DNA of 64,000 nucleotides from Alphaproteobacteria bacterium (GTDB lineage Bacteria; Pseudomonadota; Alphaproteobacteria; CAAHEQ01; UBA3637): NCBI GenBank assembly GCA_045660045.1, contig JAZRDB010000013.1, positions 612 to 64,611 of the forward strand, read 5' to 3'. Shown piece by piece: positions 60,480 to 64,000 of this stretch (position 1 is its first letter; each line of letters starts with the position of its first letter). The notes under the pieces were generated by a model. It saw only the letters and a program-made list of their open reading frames with translations, ran no database searches and was not told where the DNA came from. The position numbers and the translations under genes were made by a program.

Positions 60480-61463
60480 ATGGGAACAAGACCTGAATCA
60501 CAACGTATTTTAGAAATGGCTTTGAAACCGCTGTCTTATTGGTATGGCCAAGATAATGTGGAAGATGTGGCTGTGAATAATCCCGGTGGTATTTGGTTGC
60601 GTTTACGCGGACGTCATGCGCATCCATGGCATTATTATGAAGATCCAAAATTGACACGGGAATATTTACGCAACATTATGTATATCATTGCGAATAGTCA
60701 AGACAAACCGTTTGGAGATGAGGTTGGTGTGCCTGCTGTGTATACAGAATTGCCTGGGGGGCACCGTTTTGCAGGTATTATTGGGCAAAACGTGAAATAT
60801 GATGACGATGATTTGGAAGGTGGTGTGGCGCTGGATATTCGCGTGTATAAGCCAGATGTGGATATTCACATGGATCAATTTGGTCTTGTTCAAGGCGGCC
60901 GCCTGCATCAAATCAACAAGCTCAAAAATGTGGAAGATCCAGATGATCCATATGAACGGTTATTGCTTTCAATTAAGCGTGGAGATCATATTTTAGTCAG
61001 CGGTGGTACGGCCACAGGTAAAACAACATTTTTGAATAACATGTTGAAGTTGTTGGATGAACATAAACGTATTATCACAATCGAAGATACACGAGAATTA
61101 ATTGTACATCAAAAGAATCGAGTCCATTTAGTGTTAGCTCGTACTGAAGCAAATAACAAATTTGATTATGCGCAAGTGGTGGATTTAGTGGTGCGTTTTA
61201 CGCCAGATGCGATTATCGGTGGAGAAATTTCCACAACAAATGCGGGCGCTATTTGGGAATTGATGAACTCGGGTCACGATAACTGTTTTGCGACTATTCA
61301 CGCTGAAAGTCCGGAAGCGGCGTATCAAGCATTTATTTCTCGTATTATGCATACGAATCCGGCTTTGGATCAAGAAAAGACCCACAAAGAAATGCGTGAA
61401 AAGTTGCGCGTGGTTCAGATTAACCGAGATGGTAATATCCGTGCTATTACGGCAATTACGTAA
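60480..61463 (+). CDS. virB11: Type IV secretion system ATPase VirB11
   Basis: 327 aa with Walker A GGTATGKTT, RIITIEDTREL and HTN…, the VirB11/CpaF-family signature. AAGGAG RBS. Confidence 0.9.
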   Translation: MGTRPESQRILEMALKPLSYWYGQDNVEDVAVNNPGGIWLRLRGRHAHPWHYYEDPKLTREYLRNIMYIIANSQDKPFGDEVGVPAVYTELPGGHRFAGIIGQNVKYDDDDLEGGVALDIRVYKPDVDIHMDQFGLVQGGRLHQINKLKNVEDPDDPYERLLLSIKRGDHILVSGGTATGKTTFLNNMLKLLDEHKRIITIEDTRELIVHQKNRVHLVLARTEANNKFDYAQVVDLVVRFTPDAIIGGEISTTNAGAIWELMNSGHDNCFATIHAESPEAAYQAFISRIMHTNPALDQEKTHKEMREKLRVVQINRDGNIRAITAIT

Positions 61464-61476
61464 GGGGGAATCTGAT

Positions 61477-62043
61477 ATGACAAAAGTATTAACCCTTTCA
61501 ATTGCACGAACTGCAGATGGCAACAATTTGCCGCTACCAAGTTATTCCTCACAATATCATATGGGATTAAATTTACAAGCGGCTGTGCCTGCGGCGTTGC
61601 GTTTAGAACCTGGGGATCGTGCTTATGTGCCCACGGGGTTTGCAATCGGCATTCCAGATGGATATTGCGGTTTTGTTGTTAGTCAGCCCCAAATGGCCAA
61701 AGAGCAAGGGTTAATTGTGTTGGATGGGCCACAAGTTGTGCATCCCGCTGATCGTGGTGCATTGTTTATGTTGTTGCAAAATATGTCTTCTCATGTGGTT
61801 GTATTGCATCGAGGGGACGTGGTGGCTCAGTTGATTGTTGAACCTGTTGTTCAAGCGGTCTGGAACGATTTAAGTGCCTCTAATAATGTCATGGGTGGCA
61901 CAATAAAAGCGACAGATGTCGTAGTGGATTCTACACAAATGGCAGAGGAAGAAGATGATAAGAGTAAAATGAAGTCTTCAAGACGTGTGTATAAAGATCC
62001 CCGCCATCGTTTTTCAGAAGAGGATGAGAATGAAGAAAAGTAG
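61477..62043 (+). CDS. dut: dUTP diphosphatase with an acidic C-terminal extension
   Basis: ATG at 61477, 13 nt after the virB11 stop. All five dUTPase motifs are present (…SQYHMGLNL…, PTGFAIGIP, DRGALFML-like…). There are about 40 extra C-terminal residues (…AEEEDDKSKMKSSRRVYKDPRHRFSEEDENEEK). The ORF track starts earlier at 61288 inside virB11. Confidence 0.85.
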   Translation: MTKVLTLSIARTADGNNLPLPSYSSQYHMGLNLQAAVPAALRLEPGDRAYVPTGFAIGIPDGYCGFVVSQPQMAKEQGLIVLDGPQVVHPADRGALFMLLQNMSSHVVVLHRGDVVAQLIVEPVVQAVWNDLSASNNVMGGTIKATDVVVDSTQMAEEEDDKSKMKSSRRVYKDPRHRFSEEDENEEK

Positions 62044-62506
62044 GGTTTTATTGTTGGCTCTGTGTTTGTTTTCTAGTGTTGTGATGGCACAAGAAAAAGG
62101 GTTCTATTCTTTGGGATCGGAGAAGGTAAATTTGCGTGCGGGACCCGCAGAACGTTTTCCCATCAAATGGGTTTATCAGGAAAAACATTATCCATTGGAA
62201 GTGATTGATAGTTTCGAGCATTGGCGTCAGGTGCGTGAGGCCGATGGTACAATTGGCTGGGTGCATGAAAAAATGCTGAAAGAAGCACGTTATGTTTTAA
62301 TTCAAGAGGAAGATAAACTGCTATCCAGCCCGTCTGTTTCGGGTAAAGTGGTGGCTTATGTTCAACCAGGAGTCATAGCCCGTGTTCATTCGTGTCCGTC
62401 GGGTGATTATTGTTTACTGCAATTTACACATGAGGACAAAAAAATCGAAGGATGGTTTCCACGCCGTTTTGTGTGGGGACTTTATGATGGCGAAGTCATC
62501 GAATAA
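62024..62506 (+). CDS. Exported bacterial SH3-domain protein
   Basis: Signal peptide MKKSRVLLLALCLFSSVVMA followed by two SH3b-like segments (…EHWRQVREADGTIGWVHEKML… and …DYCLLQF…EGWFPRRFV). The start overlaps the dut 3' end. Confidence 0.6.
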   Translation: MRMKKSRVLLLALCLFSSVVMAQEKGFYSLGSEKVNLRAGPAERFPIKWVYQEKHYPLEVIDSFEHWRQVREADGTIGWVHEKMLKEARYVLIQEEDKLLSSPSVSGKVVAYVQPGVIARVHSCPSGDYCLLQFTHEDKKIEGWFPRRFVWGLYDGEVIE

Positions 62507-62794
62507 TTATTTACATGTATAAAAAGCTGTGGATGGATTGACCAACTTGCAAGAAAAATGTTGTTTTTCTTCGAAAACAGCTTTACGTTTTGTTCGAGCA
62601 CATGCTTGTTTGGCTAATTCCTGAACGGACTCTTCGTTATGCCACAGCGGATTATAACAAATTGCAGGACGATCATTGGATGATTGTCCAACGGTAGGAA
62701 TCTGTCCGGCTTCGCGGCGCATGTCTTCGAATGGTTCAAACTGAGAACATGCGGTTAGCAAAGTTGTCAATAAAATCACAGTTTCTTTTTTCAT
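62507..62794 (-). CDS. Small lipoprotein (95 aa)
   Basis: Lipobox LLTACS after a short signal peptide. Cys-rich with no family assignment. Confidence 0.4.
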   Translation of the reverse strand: MKKETVILLTTLLTACSQFEPFEDMRREAGQIPTVGQSSNDRPAICYNPLWHNEESVQELAKQACARTKRKAVFEEKQHFSCKLVNPSTAFYTCK

Positions 62795-63726
62795 TTTTCC
62801 AAATGCACCACCCGTTGAGGAAACGGAATTTCAATGTTGTTTTTCTTGAAGGCATCCCATATAGTGAACATAATGCGACTCTTGGTTGCCAGCCCTTTTG
62901 TCACGTCTGTGAATATACCCCGTAGTTCAAATTGAACACTGCTGTCTGCAAAATCAGTCAACAAAACAAACGGAGCAGGATCTTTCATTAGGCCTTCATC
63001 TTTTTGAGCGATTTCTAATAACAATTTCTCCACAAGGCGTAAATCGGAGTCATAAGAAACACCGACAGAAATGACCATGCGGCCCAAGGAATTGCTCTTT
63101 GTAACGTTTTCCAGGGCGTTTGAAAGAACGTCTGCGTTTGGAATTAAAACGTTTGTTTTTGAGAACGTCTCCAATTCTGTGGAACGAATATGGATGTTTT
63201 TCACGATGCCTTCGTGTCCGCTCACTTTAATCCAATCGCCTTTGCGAATGGGCCGTTCAAACAAAATCAATAAACCAGAAATAAAATTATTAACAATGTG
63301 TTGTAGACCAAAGCCGATACCAACGGATAAGGCACCTAAAATCACGGCAAGGCTTTGTAAGTTGACGCCAAGAAGCGATAAACCGCCCCATGCGGCAATG
63401 ACCCAACCTAAATAGCCTAAAAGGGTCACAAATGAATAATAAACACCTTTATCGATCTTGTCATGACCTTTGATCCATTTAATCATTGTGCGTTTTATAA
63501 CGCGGAAAATGGTCAAGATAACCCAGACAAACAAAATAGCCTTTAAAATGGCGGCATAATTGATTTTACTCCACTTAAAGTCTGGGAAAATGACCGCAAC
63601 AGTTTCGGGATGCACAATCGCATAGCCCACTAAACCCAATAAAATAGCCCAAACAATCACATTAAATAATACAGTCAACCATGTGGGCATCATAAACGGT
63701 TTGCGTGCTCTTGGTTCTTTTTCCAT
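62791..63726 (-). CDS. mscS: Small-conductance mechanosensitive channel, MscS family
   Basis: 311 aa with TM helices followed by the MscS β-domain (…GDWIKVSGHEGIVKNIHIRSTELETFSKTNVLIPN…). Confidence 0.85.
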   Translation of the reverse strand: MEKEPRARKPFMMPTWLTVLFNVIVWAILLGLVGYAIVHPETVAVIFPDFKWSKINYAAILKAILFVWVILTIFRVIKRTMIKWIKGHDKIDKGVYYSFVTLLGYLGWVIAAWGGLSLLGVNLQSLAVILGALSVGIGFGLQHIVNNFISGLLILFERPIRKGDWIKVSGHEGIVKNIHIRSTELETFSKTNVLIPNADVLSNALENVTKSNSLGRMVISVGVSYDSDLRLVEKLLLEIAQKDEGLMKDPAPFVLLTDFADSSVQFELRGIFTDVTKGLATKSRIMFTIWDAFKKNNIEIPFPQRVVHLEK

Positions 63727-63755
63727 TTTGTCTCCTCTTACAAAACTTAGAATAA

Positions 63756-64000
63756 TTATTCGGCAGAATCAGTGCCCGCCAAGCAAGCCTCAATCTTTGC
63801 CTGAGCTTCCGCTTCAGGAATGCCATGGATAACGGCATATTCAGGTGCCAAACGCCCCATTGCTTTTTCATAAAGTTGACGTTCGCTGTATGTTTGCGTC
63901 GCAATGGTGGGATCTTTGTAGAGTTCGCGAATGACTTCTGCTAAGGCCACAGGATCGCCGGATCCAATTTTTGCGGTATACTCAGCGGAACGTTTGCTCC
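63756..64000 (-). CDS. Partial CDS (C-terminal fragment; N-terminus lies beyond the window end)
   Basis: Open frame on the minus strand with no stop between 63756 and the window edge (…SKRSAEYTAKIGSGDPVALAEVIRELYKDPT…). The ORF-track M at 63950 is an internal GTG. Confidence 0.4.
   Translation of the reverse strand, partial: SKRSAEYTAKIGSGDPVALAEVIRELYKDPTIATQTYSERQLYEKAMGRLAPEYAVIHGIPEAEAQAKIEACLAGTDSAE

Noticed and set aside
61288-61476. Upstream extension of the dut ORF, 61288..61476
   Set aside because: It lies inside virB11 in another frame. The dUTPase homology and a good RBS begin at 61477.

Overview
This 64 kb window looks like chromosomal DNA from an alphaproteobacterium, roughly 40% GC. 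Its gene content resembles obligate intracellular or host-associated Rickettsiales/Holosporales-type bacteria.

The first ~41 kb is mostly conserved housekeeping synteny (uvrA, map, rpoH, rlmH, cdd, cvpA, radA, mlaFE, pgm, mipZ, htpG, thyX, tRNA-Ser, hsp20, dnaA, ruvC, yebC, zapA, ybaB-recR, lepA, folD, surA, lptG/lptD, xerD, aroK, tlyC, yraN-rsmI, lpoA-like, hemW, hpf-ptsN, rnhA, infC). It starts with a small serine-recombinase + ankyrin-like module and contains a tRNA-Ser followed by an HExxH metalloprotease-like ORF.

After infC, where rpmI-rplT would be expected, a ~20 kb co-directional block runs from 41868 to 62043. It looks like an atypical, rvh-like type IV secretion locus. It encodes a 1243-aa secreted repeat protein and five consecutive signal-peptide proteins, followed by virB8, a VirB7-like lipoprotein, a second virB8, a 566-aa VirB9 with a C-terminal SPOR-like domain, a 2135-aa giant VirB10 and virB11. 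VirB10 carries about 1700 residues of degenerate ~17-aa Gly/Val/Asp repeats between its N-terminal transmembrane helix and its C-terminal TrbI domain, which recalls CagY. dut follows directly after virB11.

Other notable points are an in-frame lptG-lptD fusion ORF, an unusually long ThyX with a Cys-rich tail, and consensus sigma70 promoters for uvrA, tRNA-Ser, infC (which has an AUU start) and hpf.
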